A stretch of DNA of 64,000 nucleotides from Octopus vulgaris (GCA_951406725.2 OX597817.1:52018001-52082000), one strand, 5' to 3'. Shown: positions 1 to 11,882, numbered from the stretch's first letter. A program made the numbers and translations. Notes: generated from the letters alone by a model not told the origin.

Positions 1-669
1 GACCAGTAGACAGGTAGATATCTGTATGCAGAGAGAGGGAGAGAGAGGAGAGCGGGGAGATATATATATATAGAGAGAGAATGAGGAGGGAGATAAACAG
101 ACAGAGATAGACTGATAGACAGACAAATAGATAGATAGATAGAGAGACAAAGGTTTCCGGGATTTTGCTAAACACTGCTATATTCCGTCCCCGTTTCCTT
201 CCATATCTTACATACTAACATATTCCCCCTCCCCTCTAAATCATCCCTTATTCCACTTGCCTCCTCCTCTTACTTCCCCTCTTGCTCCTCCTCCTCTTCC
301 TCCTCCTTCCCACTCCCCCTCCTCCTGCTCCTGCCCCTCTTCTTCCTGCCCCTCCTCCTCATGGGGAGGCTTAAAATTTTTTTTTTTTTACATATTCGTA
401 ATTCCCAACATCTAAACCGCAGGAATCTGAAGAAAAAAAGCTTTTCCAAAAAATGCATTTTTCAAAGAGAGGTGCGAAACTGCATTACACCCCACCCCCT
501 TGATTCTCTTAGCTGACTTACTTTAAATGATTAAAGTTGAAGCCGACTTTCGTAGAATTTCAACTCACAGCGTAAAGAGGAATAACAAAATACTTCTCAG
601 CGGTTTTTCTTTTCCTACCATTCACCGCAATAAGGACGTCAATGTCAAAACGATTAATAATACAGCGAA

Positions 670-743
670 GGCCGGTTAGCTCAGTTGGTTAGAGCGTCGT
701 GCTAATAACGCGAATGTCGTGGGTTCGAGCCCCATACTGGCCA
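670..743 (+). tRNA. tRNA-Ile(AAT), consensus copy
   Basis: GGCCGGT...CTAATAA...ACTGGCCA, 74 nt, full cloverleaf, A and B boxes, T5 terminator at 750-754. Confidence 0.97.
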
Positions 744-902
744 TATATCTTTTTCAGTTTGCAATCTTTTATGTTTGCGCTGGCATGCTTCCCACAGATT
801 TCATGTTCAATTCCAAAGTTTGTACCATGAATAATCATCGTCTTCTAGAGCCCCAATCGAACGAATTCCTCGTCAGTGAATCTAGTAGACGGAATCTGTT
901 TT

Positions 903-1090
903 AAGGCGGCGAGCTGGCAGAATCGTTAACGCACCGGGCGAAATGCTTAGGGGTATTCCGTCTGTCTTTACGTTCTGAGTTCAAATTCCGCCGAGGTCGA
1001 CTTTGACTTTCATTTTCTCAGAGTCGATACATTAAGTACTAATCGACTGACACCCTCCCTCAAAATTTTGGGCTTTGTGCCTAGAGTAGA
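903..1090 (+). mobile_element. tRNA-derived SINE family A (AAGGCGGCGAGCTGGCAGAA head), nested in older SINE
   Basis: Matches copies at 4029, 30944, 58166; B-box-like GAGTTCAAATTCC. Confidence 0.8.
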
Positions 1091-1324
1091 GAAGACAGAA
1101 GCTGTGTGAAAGCTTGTTGTGTATGCCGTCCCACCAACGCTTCACAATGTGTGTTGGTCTGTTTCTGCAAAAGGACCGACAAAATATAGTACTACATAAT
1201 AATATACTGAGTTGGATTTCTCGACTTAATCACCTGAAGAAGTTTTTGCAGCGTGGCCGCAGTCCAATGAACGAAACTAACAAAGGATAAAACATATATT
1301 TTAATTTTAAAAATTAAACACAAG

Positions 1325-1418
1325 TCTCGCGAGACGGATTCGAACCATCGACCTAAGGATGTCAGACGTTTAAATATCAAACTACAGTCCTCCGCTCTAC
1401 CAACTGAGCAATCGCGAG
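1325..1418 (-). tRNA. tRNA-Tyr(GTA) with 21-nt intron (1361-1381); A9T variant
   Basis: Reverse complement CTCGCGATTGCTCAGTTGGTAGAGCGGAGGACTGTAG-intron-ATCCTTAGGTCGATGGTTCGAATCCGTCTCGCGAGA; C1:G72, A73. Confidence 0.88.
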
Positions 1419-1514
1419 ACACTGAGACGGAGGTTCTCAAATAGTTTAGTCATAAGAAATTTGAAGTTAAAACTACGCCAGTTGTTTAGTATTGCGTGAT
1501 AGAAGGAAATAGGG

Positions 1515-2403
1515 GGATCTTTTCAATTCTGAAGCCAGTTTTTTCAAATTTTTCCTACTGAACCAAACAATTTGAAACTTCGTATACTGGTAGAATGTGT
1601 CAAAAGTAAACTTAATTGTAAACCAGAATGAAAACGGAATTGTAACTTCTAAGTTTAACGTTGTTTAATAATTAGAATTTTAACCAATGATATTCCGTCA
1701 TTCGGCTTTATTTTATTTACTCCGTCTCGACCACCAATTTGGTGACGTATTAAACATCTTAAATGTAAATAAGCCGCATGTCTCCGTGAAAATCTCCTTC
1801 TAATTATTTAACGTACTCATGTTTTCAGGATCCTATAGTCAGCCACCTTCTAATAACAATATTTAAAACTAGTTAATAAGCCACATGTATTAAATTGAAA
1901 ATGTTTCCATTCTGTTAGTACTTGCTTTCGTTTGCTATTAAGAAGTGGCATCTCAGTGACGAGGCTTCTAACAAGATTTCGTTTCTAAGCTAATGCGTTT
2001 CATTTCACTTATTGTATTTATTTGTGCAAAAGGCAAGAAATTTAATATTAAAAAAGCAAAGAGCTGGCAGAAACGTTAGCACGCCGGGCGAAATGCGTAG
2101 CCGTATTTCGTCTGCCGTTACGTTCTGTGTTTGTTTACAGTTTTCCGAACGTTAGTACGTCACAAAAGCGCTTTCTACGTCACACTAATAGAATGCAGTC
2201 AAGTTTTACACATGAAAACAAACAATCTGATTGGTTAAAATTCGCAGTTTTAATCTACGATTAAAGTCATAAAATAGATTTTTCTCAAATAAACTAGTTC
2301 CAACCTGTGTCTTGTTTTGCTAGACTCTATCAGCATACGAAGTTTCAGAATATTTAGTTAAGTAGAAAGATCTGTGGTCCTGGCTTCAGAATTGAAAAGA
2401 TCC
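1515..2403. mobile_element. Non-autonomous TIR element (Merlin-like termini)
   Basis: 24-bp TIR GGATCTTTTCAATTCTGAAGCCAG; 8-bp TSD AAATAGGG at 1507-1514 and 2404-2411; empty site in paralogous unit near 17131. Confidence 0.9.
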
Positions 2404-2411
2404 AAATAGGG

Positions 2412-2765
2412 GGGCTGGAGGTGGAGGAAGATTACAATGAGGACAAGGGGTGGTGGCGGTTGAGGAGGAGGAGGAGGAGGTGGATAGAAGGAGGCAGAGG
2501 AGATGGTGGAGGAGGTGGAAGAGATGGTGAAGAATGAGGACGACGATGACGAAGTGGGGCAAGAGGAAGGGGAGCAGGACGTGGAGGGGGCAGGACGAGG
2601 AGGGGCAGGAGGAGTAGAGCAGGAGGGAGAGGGGCAGTAGGAAGAGGGGCAGCAGGAGCAGGAAGAGGAGGGCAGGAGAGAGCAAGAGAAGGATGAGGGC
2701 AGGGGGAGGAGTAAGAGAAGGAGGCAAGTGGAATAAGGTAGGATTTAGAGGAGAGTAGGAGAATA
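2412..2765. repeat. Polypurine (GGA/GCAGGA-rich) spacer tract
   Basis: Strongly G/A-biased + strand; paralogues near 3910, 17140, 21050, 23460, 25655. Confidence 0.85.
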
Positions 2766-2904
2766 TGTTAGTATGTAAGATATTGTAGGGAAACGGGGAC
2801 GGAATAATGCAGTGTTTAGGAAAAACCCGGAAACCGTTGTGTGTGTCTCTATCTAATCTATTTATTTGTCTGTCTATCTGTCTCTCTGTCTGTTTATCTC
2901 CCTC

Positions 2905-2976
<72 letters not shown>

Positions 2977-3233
2977 TACGTCTCTCTCTCTCTCTCTCTC
3001 TTTCTTTCTCTCTGCTTACAGATATCTATCCGTCTATTGGTCCCTGAATATACAGGTGTCTGTCCGGCACTCTATGTACGCAGGTATCTCTCTATCTGTC
3101 GAAGCCGACTTTCGTAGAATTTGAACTCACAGCGTAAAGAAGAATAACAAAATACTTCTCAACGGTTTATCTTTTCCTCTACTATTCACCACAATAAGGA
3201 CGTCAATGTCAAAACGATTAATAGTACAACGAA

Positions 3234-3307
3234 GGCCGGTTAGCTCAGTTGGTTAGAGCGTCGTGCTAATAACGCGAATGTCGTGGGTTCGAGCCCCATA
3301 CTGGCCA
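3234..3307 (+). tRNA. tRNA-Ile(AAT), consensus copy
   Basis: Identical to 670-743; T-run downstream. Confidence 0.97.
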
Positions 3308-3735
3308 TATACTTTTTAAAAACATTTTGCATTCTTTTATGTTCGATTTTTCCTTTCATTCTTTCGGGGTCGATAAATTAAGTACCAATTGCATACTGGT
3401 GTCGATCTAGTCGACTGCACCCCTCTCCCAAAACTTCGGGCCCTGTGCCTAGAGTAGGAAGGACAGAAGCTGTGTGAAATCTCGTTTTGTGTATATGTGT
3501 CGTTGTGTGTGCCGTCCCACCAACGCTTCACAATGGGTGTTGGTTTGTTTACGTCCCCCTAACTTGGCGTTTCGGCAAAAAGACCGAAAGAATAGTTCTA
3601 CACAAAAATATATTGAGTCGGTTTGCTCGACGTAACCACCTCACAAAGTTGTTCCAGCAAGGCCGAAGTCCAACGACCGAAACAGATAAGGAAATATTTT
3701 AATTAAAAAAAGAGAAAAAAAAAAAAGAGCACGAA

Positions 3736-3829
3736 TCTCGCGAGACGGATTTGAACCACCGACCTAAGGATGTCAGACATTCAAATAACAAACTACAGTC
3801 CTCCGCTCTACCAACTGAGCTATCGCGAG
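3736..3829 (-). tRNA. tRNA-Tyr(GTA) with 21-nt intron; G57A variant
   Basis: Full cloverleaf, T loop TTCAAAT, long T terminator on - strand. Confidence 0.93.
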
Positions 3830-4028
3830 ACACGGATGCAGAGTTTCTCAAATAGTTTAGTCATAAGAAATGTGAAGTTAAAACTACGCCAGGTCTTTGA
3901 TGTTATGTGAAAGGAGGAGGACGTCGGGGAGGGGCAAGAGGAGGAGCAAGAGGAGGAGCAGGAAGTGCAAGAGGAGGAGGCAAGTGGTATAAAAGAAGAT
4001 TTAGAAGGGAGGGGGGAATATATTAGTA

Positions 4029-4260
4029 AGGCGGCGAGCTGGCAGAAACGTTACCACGCCGGGCGAAATGCGTAGCCGTATTTCGCCTGTCGTTACGTTC
4101 CGAGTTCAAATTCCGCCGAGGTAAACTTTGCCTTTCATCCTTTCGGGGTCAATAAATTAAGTACCAGTTACGCACTGGGGTCGATATAATCGACTTAATC
4201 CCCTTTGTCTGTCCTTGTTTGTTCCCTCTGTGTTTAATCCCTTGTGGGTAGTAAAGAAAC
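4029..4260 (+). mobile_element. SINE family A, full-length young insertion
   Basis: TSD ATATATTAGTAAG at 4018-4030 and 4261-4273; absent from the paralogous unit near 18690. Confidence 0.9.
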
Positions 4261-4583
4261 ATATATTAGTAAGATATGTAAGGAAACGGGGACGGAATAT
4301 AGCAGTGTTTAGCGGAAACTTGTGTCTATCTATCAGTCTATCTATCTATCTATCAATCTATCTATATTTTATTCAAGAAGAGGTACGAAACTGCATTACA
4401 CCCTTAATTCCCTTAGCTGACTTCCTTTAACAACTCCGCAATGATTAAAGTTCAAGCCGACTTTCGTGGACTTTGAAATCTCAGCGTGAAGAGATATAAC
4501 AAAATACTACCCAACGACCTAAATCTTTTCTGCCATTCACCACAATAAGGACATCAATGTTGAAAATGCTGAAATCCAACGAA

Positions 4584-4657
4584 GTCCGGTTAGCTCAGTT
4601 GGTTAGAGCGTCGTGCTAATAACGCGAATGTCGTGGGTTCGAGCCCCATACTAGCCA
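4584..4657 (+). pseudogene. tRNA-Ile(AAT) variant with two acceptor-stem mismatches (G2T, G69A); probably non-functional
   Basis: GTCCGGT/ACTAGCC; block paralogue 12276-12349 is intact. Confidence 0.75.
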
Positions 4658-4687
4658 TGTAGCTTTTTGTCGTTTCATTCTTTTGCG

Positions 4688-5062
4688 CAGGCATGGTTGT
4701 ATGGTTAAGAACTTCCGTTTGCAACCACCTGCTTTCACATTCAATCACAAAATTCGTACCATGAATAAACGACGTCTTCTATCGTCCCGGTCGAACCAAT
4801 GCCTTCTCAATGAATCTACTAAATGGAAACTATTTGGAAGCCCCTTGTGTATATATGGGTGTATGTCTATCGATGTGTGTGCCGTCCCACCAACCCTTCG
4901 TAACGGGGAGTTAGTTACTTTACGTCCCTGGCATTTCGGCAAAAAGACCGATAAAATACTACCGCACAAAAAATATTGATTTGGTTTGCTCGACTTGACC
5001 ACTTCAAGAAGGTGCTCCAGCAACGCCACAGACCAACGATCGAAACAAGTAAAAGATTAAAT
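4688..5062 (+). mobile_element. Decayed CORE-type SINE (family B) forming the spacer downstream of tRNA-Ile; representative copy
   Basis: Colinear with younger family B copies at 48385 and 51090 (head, GACGGAAACT, TACGTCCCCGTAAC, CTCCAGCATGGCC, GAAACAAGTAAAAG tail). Confidence 0.75.
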
Positions 5063-5334
5063 TTTAAACAATGTCAAAATCAGCCACCACTATTGCCTCG
5101 ACATTTCTGCTCAATGCCCTAGGCATCAGTCCTTCCACCAATATATTTTTCTTTAGTACTATTCTTTGAGTCTTTTTGCCGAAACGCCAAGTTACGGGGA
5201 CGTAAACAGACCAACACCCATTGTGAAGCGTTAGATCGACCCCAGTACGCAATTGGTACTTAATTTATCGACCCCGAAAGAATGAAAGGAAAAGTCGAAA
5301 ATAAAAGAGTGCAAGCTTAAGAAAAAAGAGGATA

Positions 5335-5408
5335 TGGCCAGTATGGGGCTCGAACCCACGACATTCGCGTTATTAGCACGACGCTCTAACCAACTGAGCT
5401 AACCGGCC
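5335..5408 (-). tRNA. tRNA-Ile(AAT), consensus copy in inverted segment
   Basis: Exact reverse complement of 670-743. Confidence 0.97.
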
Positions 5409-5750
5409 TTCGCTTTGTTAGCTATCATTTTGACATTGACGTTGAGAAGTATTTTATTCCTCTTTGCGCTGTGAGTTGAAATTCTACGGAAATTGCTTTC
5501 AACTTTAATCATGGTGGAGTTGTTAAAGTAAATCGGCTAAATGTAATCGATTTCTTGAAAGGGCAGAAATCTTGTTTAAACGTCCCATGTAACCCTCAGA
5601 ACTCTTTTATTTCTGGGAACATTCACAAGCCAAAAAAAAAAAATAATAAACTTGTTATAATTTAAATATTTTCCCGCCTCCACATTATGTGTGCGTGAAG
5701 GGGAGAGAGAGTCAGAGAGAGGGTGAGAGAGAGAGAGAGAGAGAGAGAGA

Positions 5751-5863
5751 AAAGTAAATAAAACACAAAAACACAAAGTAAGGATCGACTAGTCATGACT
5801 AGCTAGCGCGGATGCGCGACTACGCGAGTGCGCGCACCGGGAACTCTATTCTCAAGTAGTACC
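5751..5863. mobile_element. Right half of GGTACT-terminal MITE
   Basis: Matches right arm of 48995-49226 and 36150-36458; duplicated at ~13431-13543. Confidence 0.8.
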
Positions 5864-6865
5864 GTAATAAAAACAGCTGAATACATGCTACACTGAACGG
5901 CACGTAAAAAGATCCGAAATGTGTATTTGATGCTACGGTTGATTGGCAAGACACCTCTGTGCTGAGACAGACAGACAGACAGACAGGCAGGCAACTTGCC
6001 ATATACATGGAGAAATAAGTCGACAGATAGACACCTACATATATATAGAGAGAGACAGATCGCTAGGTAGACCCCCTTATAGACACCTGTACAAAGAGAG
6101 GTCAAAAAACGGATACCTGTGTATAGACAGATAGCGAGATACCTGTGTAGATAGAGTGCCGGAAAGACACCTGTACATTCAGAGACCAGTAGACAGGTAG
6201 ATATCTGTATGCAGAGAGAGGGAGAGAGAGGAGAGCGGGGAGATATATATATATATAGAGAGAGAGGGAATGAGGAGGGAGATAAACAGACAGAGATAGA
6301 CTGATAGACAGACAAATAGATAGATAGATAGAGAGAGAGAGACAAAGGTTTCCGGGATTTTCCTAAACACTGCTTCCATATCTTACATACTAACATATTC
6401 CCCCTCCCCTCTAAATCATCCCTTATTCCACTTGCCTCAGCCTCTAACTTCCCCTCTTGCTCCTCCTCCTTCTCCTTCCCCCTCCCCCTCCTCCTTCTCC
6501 TGCCCCTCTTCTTCCTGCCCGTCCTCCTAAAGCCCCTCCTCCTGGGGAAGGTTAAATTTTTTTTTTTTTTTTTTGCATATTCGTAATCTCCGACATCTAA
6601 AACTCAGGAATCTGAAAAGAAAAACTTTTCCAAAAAATGCACTTTTCAAGGAGAGGTGCGAAACTGCATTACACCCCACCCCCTTGATTCTCTTGGCTGA
6701 CTTACTTTAACAACTCCACAATGATTAAAGTTGTAGCCGACTTTCGTAGAATTTCAACTCCCAACGTAAAGAAGAATAACAAAATACTTGTCAACAGTTT
6801 ATCTTTTCCTCTACTATTCACCGCAATAAGGACGTCAATGTCAAAAAGATTAATTATTCAACGAA

Positions 6866-6939
6866 GGCCGGTTAGCTCAGTTGGTTAGAGCGTCGTGCTA
6901 ATAACGCGAATGTCGTGGGTTCGAGCCCCATACTGGCCA
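6866..6939 (+). tRNA. tRNA-Ile(AAT), consensus copy
   Basis: Identical to 670-743. Confidence 0.97.
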
Positions 6940-7466
6940 TATATCTTTTTAAGTTTGCAATCTTTTATGTTTGCGCTGGCGTGCTTCCCACAGCTTTCAT
7001 GTTCAATCCCAAAGTGTGTACCATGAATAATCGTCGTCTTCTAGAGCCCCGATCGAACGAATTCCTCGTCAGTGAATCTGGTAGACGGAAGGTGTTTTAA
7101 GGCGGTGATCTGGCAGAATCGTTAACGCACCGAGCGAAATGCTTAGGGGTATTCCGTTTGTCTTTACGTTCTGAGTTCAAATTCCGCCGAGGTCGACTTT
7201 GACTTTCATTTTCTCAGAGTAGATACATTAAGTACTAATGGACTGACCCCCTCCCTCAAAATTTTGGGCTTTGTGCCTAGAGTAGAAAAGACAGAAGCTG
7301 TGTGAAATCTCGTTGTGTATGCCGTCCTACCAACGCTTCACAATGTGTGTTGGTCTGTTTCTGCAAAAAGACCGATTAAAATGAACGCAGTCCAATGAAC
7401 CGCAGTCCAATGAACGAAACAAACAAAGGATAAAACAAATATTTTAATTAAAAAAATAAACACAAA

Positions 7467-7560
7467 TCTCGCGAGACGGATTCGAACCATCGACCTAAGG
7501 ATGTCAGATGTTTAAATAACAAACTACAGTCCTCCGCTCTACCAACTGAGCTATCGCGAG
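7467..7560 (-). tRNA. tRNA-Tyr(GTA) with 21-nt intron
   Basis: Intact exons, T stem GATGG/CCGTC. Confidence 0.96.
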
Positions 7561-7827
7561 ACACTGATACAGAAGTTCTCAAATAGTTTAGTCTTAAGAA
7601 ATATGAAGTTAAAAATACACCAGCTTTTTGATATAATGTCAGAGAAAGAAACAGGGAGGATGGGGAGGAGGAGGGAAGGAGGATGACGATGACGTGTGGA
7701 GGGGCAGGTGAGGAGGCAACTGGAATAATGGAAGATTTAGAGGGGAGGAGGGAATATGATATTATGTAATACGTGTAAGAAAACGGAGACGGAATATAGC
7801 AGTGTTAAGGATAAATTCGTAAACCTT

Positions 7828-7862
<35 letters not shown>

Positions 7863-7918
7863 GTCATTCAATCGGTCTTTCTATTTCACTCCATCCCCCT
7901 CTCTCTTCTCTCTCTCTC

Positions 7919-7952
<34 letters not shown>

Positions 7953-8142
7953 CTCTCTCTCTCTCGTTCTTTATCAGTCTGTTTATGCTTACAGGACACT
8001 CTGTCTCTCTTCAAAGTTGAAGCCTCCTTGCGTAGAATTTGGACTCAGAGCTCAAAGACAAATAACAAAATACTACGCTCAAGCTTTTCTGCCATTCACC
8101 AAAATAAGGACATCAATGTTAAAAGTGTTTATCTCCAACGAA

Positions 8143-8193
8143 GGTCGGTTATCTCAGTTGGTTAGTGCGTCGTGCTAATATCGCAAATGTCGT
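8143..8193 (+). pseudogene. tRNA-Ile(AAT) pseudogene lacking the T arm
   Basis: Shares substitutions with 15827-15900 and additionally lacks 21 nt (T loop and 3' stem). Confidence 0.9.
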
Positions 8194-8416
8194 TACAGCT
8201 TTTTGAGCTTGCATTCTTTTTGCGCAGGGTTGTATGGTTAAGGACTTGCTTTTGCAACCACCTGCTTTCACATTCAATCCCAAAGTTCGTACCATGAATA
8301 AGCGTCGTCTTCTATAGTCCCGATCGAGCCAATGCTTTAGCAATGAATCTGGTGGACGGAAACTGTGTGGAATCCCGTTGTGTATATATGGGTGTATATC
8401 TATCAATGTGTATACC

Positions 8417-8657
8417 TATTTCTATTTCTTTATTACCCACAAAAGGCTAAACATAGAGGCGACAAACAAGGACAGACTTACGTATTAATTCGATTACATC
8501 GACCCCAGTGCATAACTTGTACTTAATTTATCGACCCCGAAAGGATGAAAGGCAAAGTCGACCTCGGCGGAATTTGAACTCAGAACGTAGCGGCAGACGA
8601 AATACTGCTAAGCATTTCGTCCGGCGTGCTAACGATTCTGCCAGCTCGCCGCCCTAA
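8417..8657 (-). mobile_element. SINE family A, full-length
   Basis: TSD TCAATGTGTATACC at 8403-8416 and 8660-8673; duplicated at ~16122-16361. Confidence 0.88.
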
Positions 8658-9074
8658 TGTCAATGTGTATACCGTCCCACCAAACGGTTCACAACGGGAT
8701 TTGTTCTGTTTTAGTCCCCGTAACCTAGCATTTCAGCAAAACGACCGATAAAAAATACAACACAAAAATATAGAGCGTATTTGCTCGACTTGAACACTTC
8801 AAGGTGTTCCATCAAGGCCGTCCAACACTCGAAACACGTAACAATTAAAATAAAGAATTATTTTGATTAAAAAAAGAACAAACAAAAAAACAACGATACC
8901 AGCAGCCATCTTCATCACCGCCACCTGCTGTTTTTTAAATCCACCGACTTAGAATTTCACGAAAACACTGATACATAGACAAATACACACATGCTCGGAA
9001 TACATAGAGAGGAAGAGACACAAATATTAATGTTGAATGAACTTACGCAGGCGACATGGGCGTTAGAACACACA

Positions 9075-9113
<39 letters not shown>

Positions 9114-9465
9114 CCTCTCTCTCTCTCTCTCACACCCCACTCCCCCACACACACTTAGTGTGGAGGCGGGAAAGAATTTAAATTACAAGAAGTTTTTCTT
9201 TCTTCTGAATGATACAAAAAAAAAACTTTTACGGGGTTAAATGGGACGCTTAAACAAGAAGTTCGGCCCTTTCGAGAAATCAATTGCATTGATTCCTTTA
9301 CTTGACTTACTTTAAAAACTCCACAATGGGTAAAGCAGAAGCCGACTTTCGTAGAGTTTGAACTTAGAGAAGAAAGAGAAATAACAAAATACTACCCGAC
9401 CATATAAAGTTTCAACCATTCCCACAATAAGGACGTCAACGTTAAAACGATGCCAAGTTATCGAA

Positions 9466-9539
9466 GGCCGGTTAGCTCAGTTAGTTAGAGCGTCGTGCTA
9501 ATAACGCGAATGTCGTGGGTTCGAGCCCCATACTGGTCA
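9466..9539 (+). tRNA. tRNA-Ile(AAT) variant (D-loop GG to AG; C71T); function doubtful
   Basis: AGTTAGTTA D loop loses invariant G18; ACTGGTCA 3' end. Confidence 0.65.
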
Positions 9540-9960
9540 CATTATCTTTTGTAGTTTCATTCTTTTCGCAGGCATGGTTAAGGACTTCCTTTTGCAACCA
9601 CCTGCTTTCACATTCAATCCCAAAGTTCGTACTATGAATAAGCATCGTCTTCTATAGTCCCGATCGAACAAATGCTTTGGCAGTGAATCTGGTGGACGGA
9701 AACTGTGCGGAAGCCCATTGTGTATATACGAGTGTATATCCGTCAAAGTATATGCTGTGACACCCAACGGTTCACAACGATTTTGGTAAATCGACCGATG
9801 AAATAATACCACACAAAAATATGAAGAGTGTGTTTGCTCGACTTGAACACATCAAGAAGGTGCTCCAGCAAGGCCGTACTCCAACGATCGAAACAAGTAA
9901 AAGTTAAAATAAAGAATTATTTTAATTTTTCAAAATAACAACAAAAAAACAAAACACGAA

Positions 9961-10048
9961 ACTCGTGAGAAAGATTTCAACCACCGACCTAAGGATGTCA
10001 AACGTTTAAATAGAAACTAGTCCTCCAATCTACCAAGGTATCGTCCAG
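9961..10048 (-). pseudogene. tRNA-Tyr pseudogene
   Basis: Colinear with Tyr gene and intron but anticodon loop and D arm have deletions and both stems are mutated. Confidence 0.9.
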
Positions 10049-10658
10049 ACACGGAAACATCGCCTCTAAAATAATTTAGTCATAAGAAATGTGAAGTTTG
10101 TTGATCTATCTTTGTATAGGTGTCCATATTAGTGTCTATCTACTTCTTCGTATCTATTTATAAATCAAGGCGTCTATCTGTAAGCTTCTTTCTCCCAGTC
10201 AGTCTATCTGTCGGTCTCAGTACACGAGTGTCTTGCCCAACTATTATCCAATCAAACAATAGCTTTAACTTCACATATCGGATCTTTTTAAAAGACTTGT
10301 TGTATTCTGTAGCATGAATTTAGCTGTTTATTACTTTGTTACATCGACTCCGGAAAGAGAGCAAGAATAGGAAAGTTATCCCCATGTCATTTGAATTCTG
10401 AACATAAAATTTAACGAGATGCGTCTAAGTGAATAATGGCAAAGCATTTCGTCCGACTCTCCAGCGATACCGCCAGCCATCACCATCACCGCCACCTGCT
10501 GTTTTTTGAAATCCACCGACTGAAACTTGGAATTTCAAGAAAACTGATACATAGACAGATACACATATGCTCGGAATACATACAGAGGCAGAGACACAAA
10601 TATTAATGTTGAATGAACTTGCGTAGGCGACTTCAGTGTTAGAAGACACTGTCTCTCA

Positions 10659-10716
<58 letters not shown>

Positions 10717-11088
10717 CTCCCTCTCTATCTCCCTCTCCCTCTCTATCTCTCTCATACGAACACGCACGCACACACAGTGTGGAGGCGGGAAAGAATTTAA
10801 ATTACAAAAAGTTATTTTTTCGTGTGAATGTTCCAAAAAGAAAAGAATTTTGCGGGGTTAAATGGGACCCTTAAACAAGAAACCCTGCCCTTTTGAGAAA
10901 TCGATTATATTGATTCCCTTAGTTTACTTACTTGAAAAAACTCCACAATGATTAAAATAGAAACCGACTTTTGTGGAATTTGAACTCACAGCATAAAGAC
11001 AAATAACAAAATACTACCCAACCATCTAGATTTTCAGCCATTCTCACAATGATGACGTCAATGTTAAGACGACTACGTAATAGCCGAT

Positions 11089-11162
11089 GGCCGGTTAGCT
11101 CAGTTGGTTAGAGCGTCGTGCTAATAACGCGAATGTCGTGGGTTCGAGCCCCATACTGGCCA
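11089..11162 (+). tRNA. tRNA-Ile(AAT), consensus copy
   Basis: Identical gene in a more diverged flank; TGACGTCA at 11053-11060. Confidence 0.97.
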
Positions 11163-11563
11163 CTTACCTTTTTATATTTTTATTCTTTTGCACAGGTATG
11201 CTTGTATAATTAAGAACATCGCTTTGCAACCATCTGCTTTCACATTCAATCCCACAGTTCGTACCGTGAATAAGCGTCTTCTATATCTCCTTGCGAATCA
11301 ATACTTTCTCAGTGAATCTGGTAGACGGAAACTGTATGGAATCCCGTTGTGTGTATACGTGTCGTAGTTTATGCCGTCCCACCGACACTTGGCAACTGGA
11401 GTGACTGTGTTTTCGTACCCATCACTTGGATTTTCGGAAAGTGACCGAGTTTGCTCAAGTTATGCACCCCACAATATAGTTCCAGCATGACCGCAGTCTT
11501 ACAAGCGGAACAAGTGGAAAGTAAAGCAAAAAAATATTTTAATTTAAAAAAAAAAAACATGAA

Positions 11564-11657
11564 TCTCGCGAGACGGATTCGAACCACCGACCTAAGGATG
11601 TCAGACCTTCAAATAATAAACTACAGTCCTCCGCTCTACCAACTGAGCTATCGCGAG
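11564..11657 (-). tRNA. tRNA-Tyr(GTA) with 21-nt intron
   Basis: Intact exons, T stem GGTGG/CCGTC. Confidence 0.96.
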
Positions 11658-11882
11658 ACACGGACATGCTGTTTCTAAAATAGTATAGTCCCAAGAAATT
11701 TGAGGTTAAACCTACGCCAGCTTTTTGGTATTATGTGCGAGAAGGAAACAGTGAGGAGGAGGACGAGGCTGCAAGTGGAATAAGGGAAGATTTAGAGGGT
11801 AGGAGGGAGTATGTTAATTTGTAAGATATGTAAGGAAACGGAGACGAGGTATAGCAGTGTTTAGGAAAAACCCAGAAACCTT

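Noticed and set aside
2386-2727. Leu/Pro/Ser-rich and Glu/Gly-rich ORFs in GA tracts
   Set aside because: Low-complexity purine tract, indels between copies, no splice or codon evidence
5803-6396. 197-aa ORF and similar LSLS/YIYI/SIYL ORFs across the array
   Set aside because: Translations of (TC)n, (TA)n and (TCTA)n spacers; frames not preserved between paralogous units
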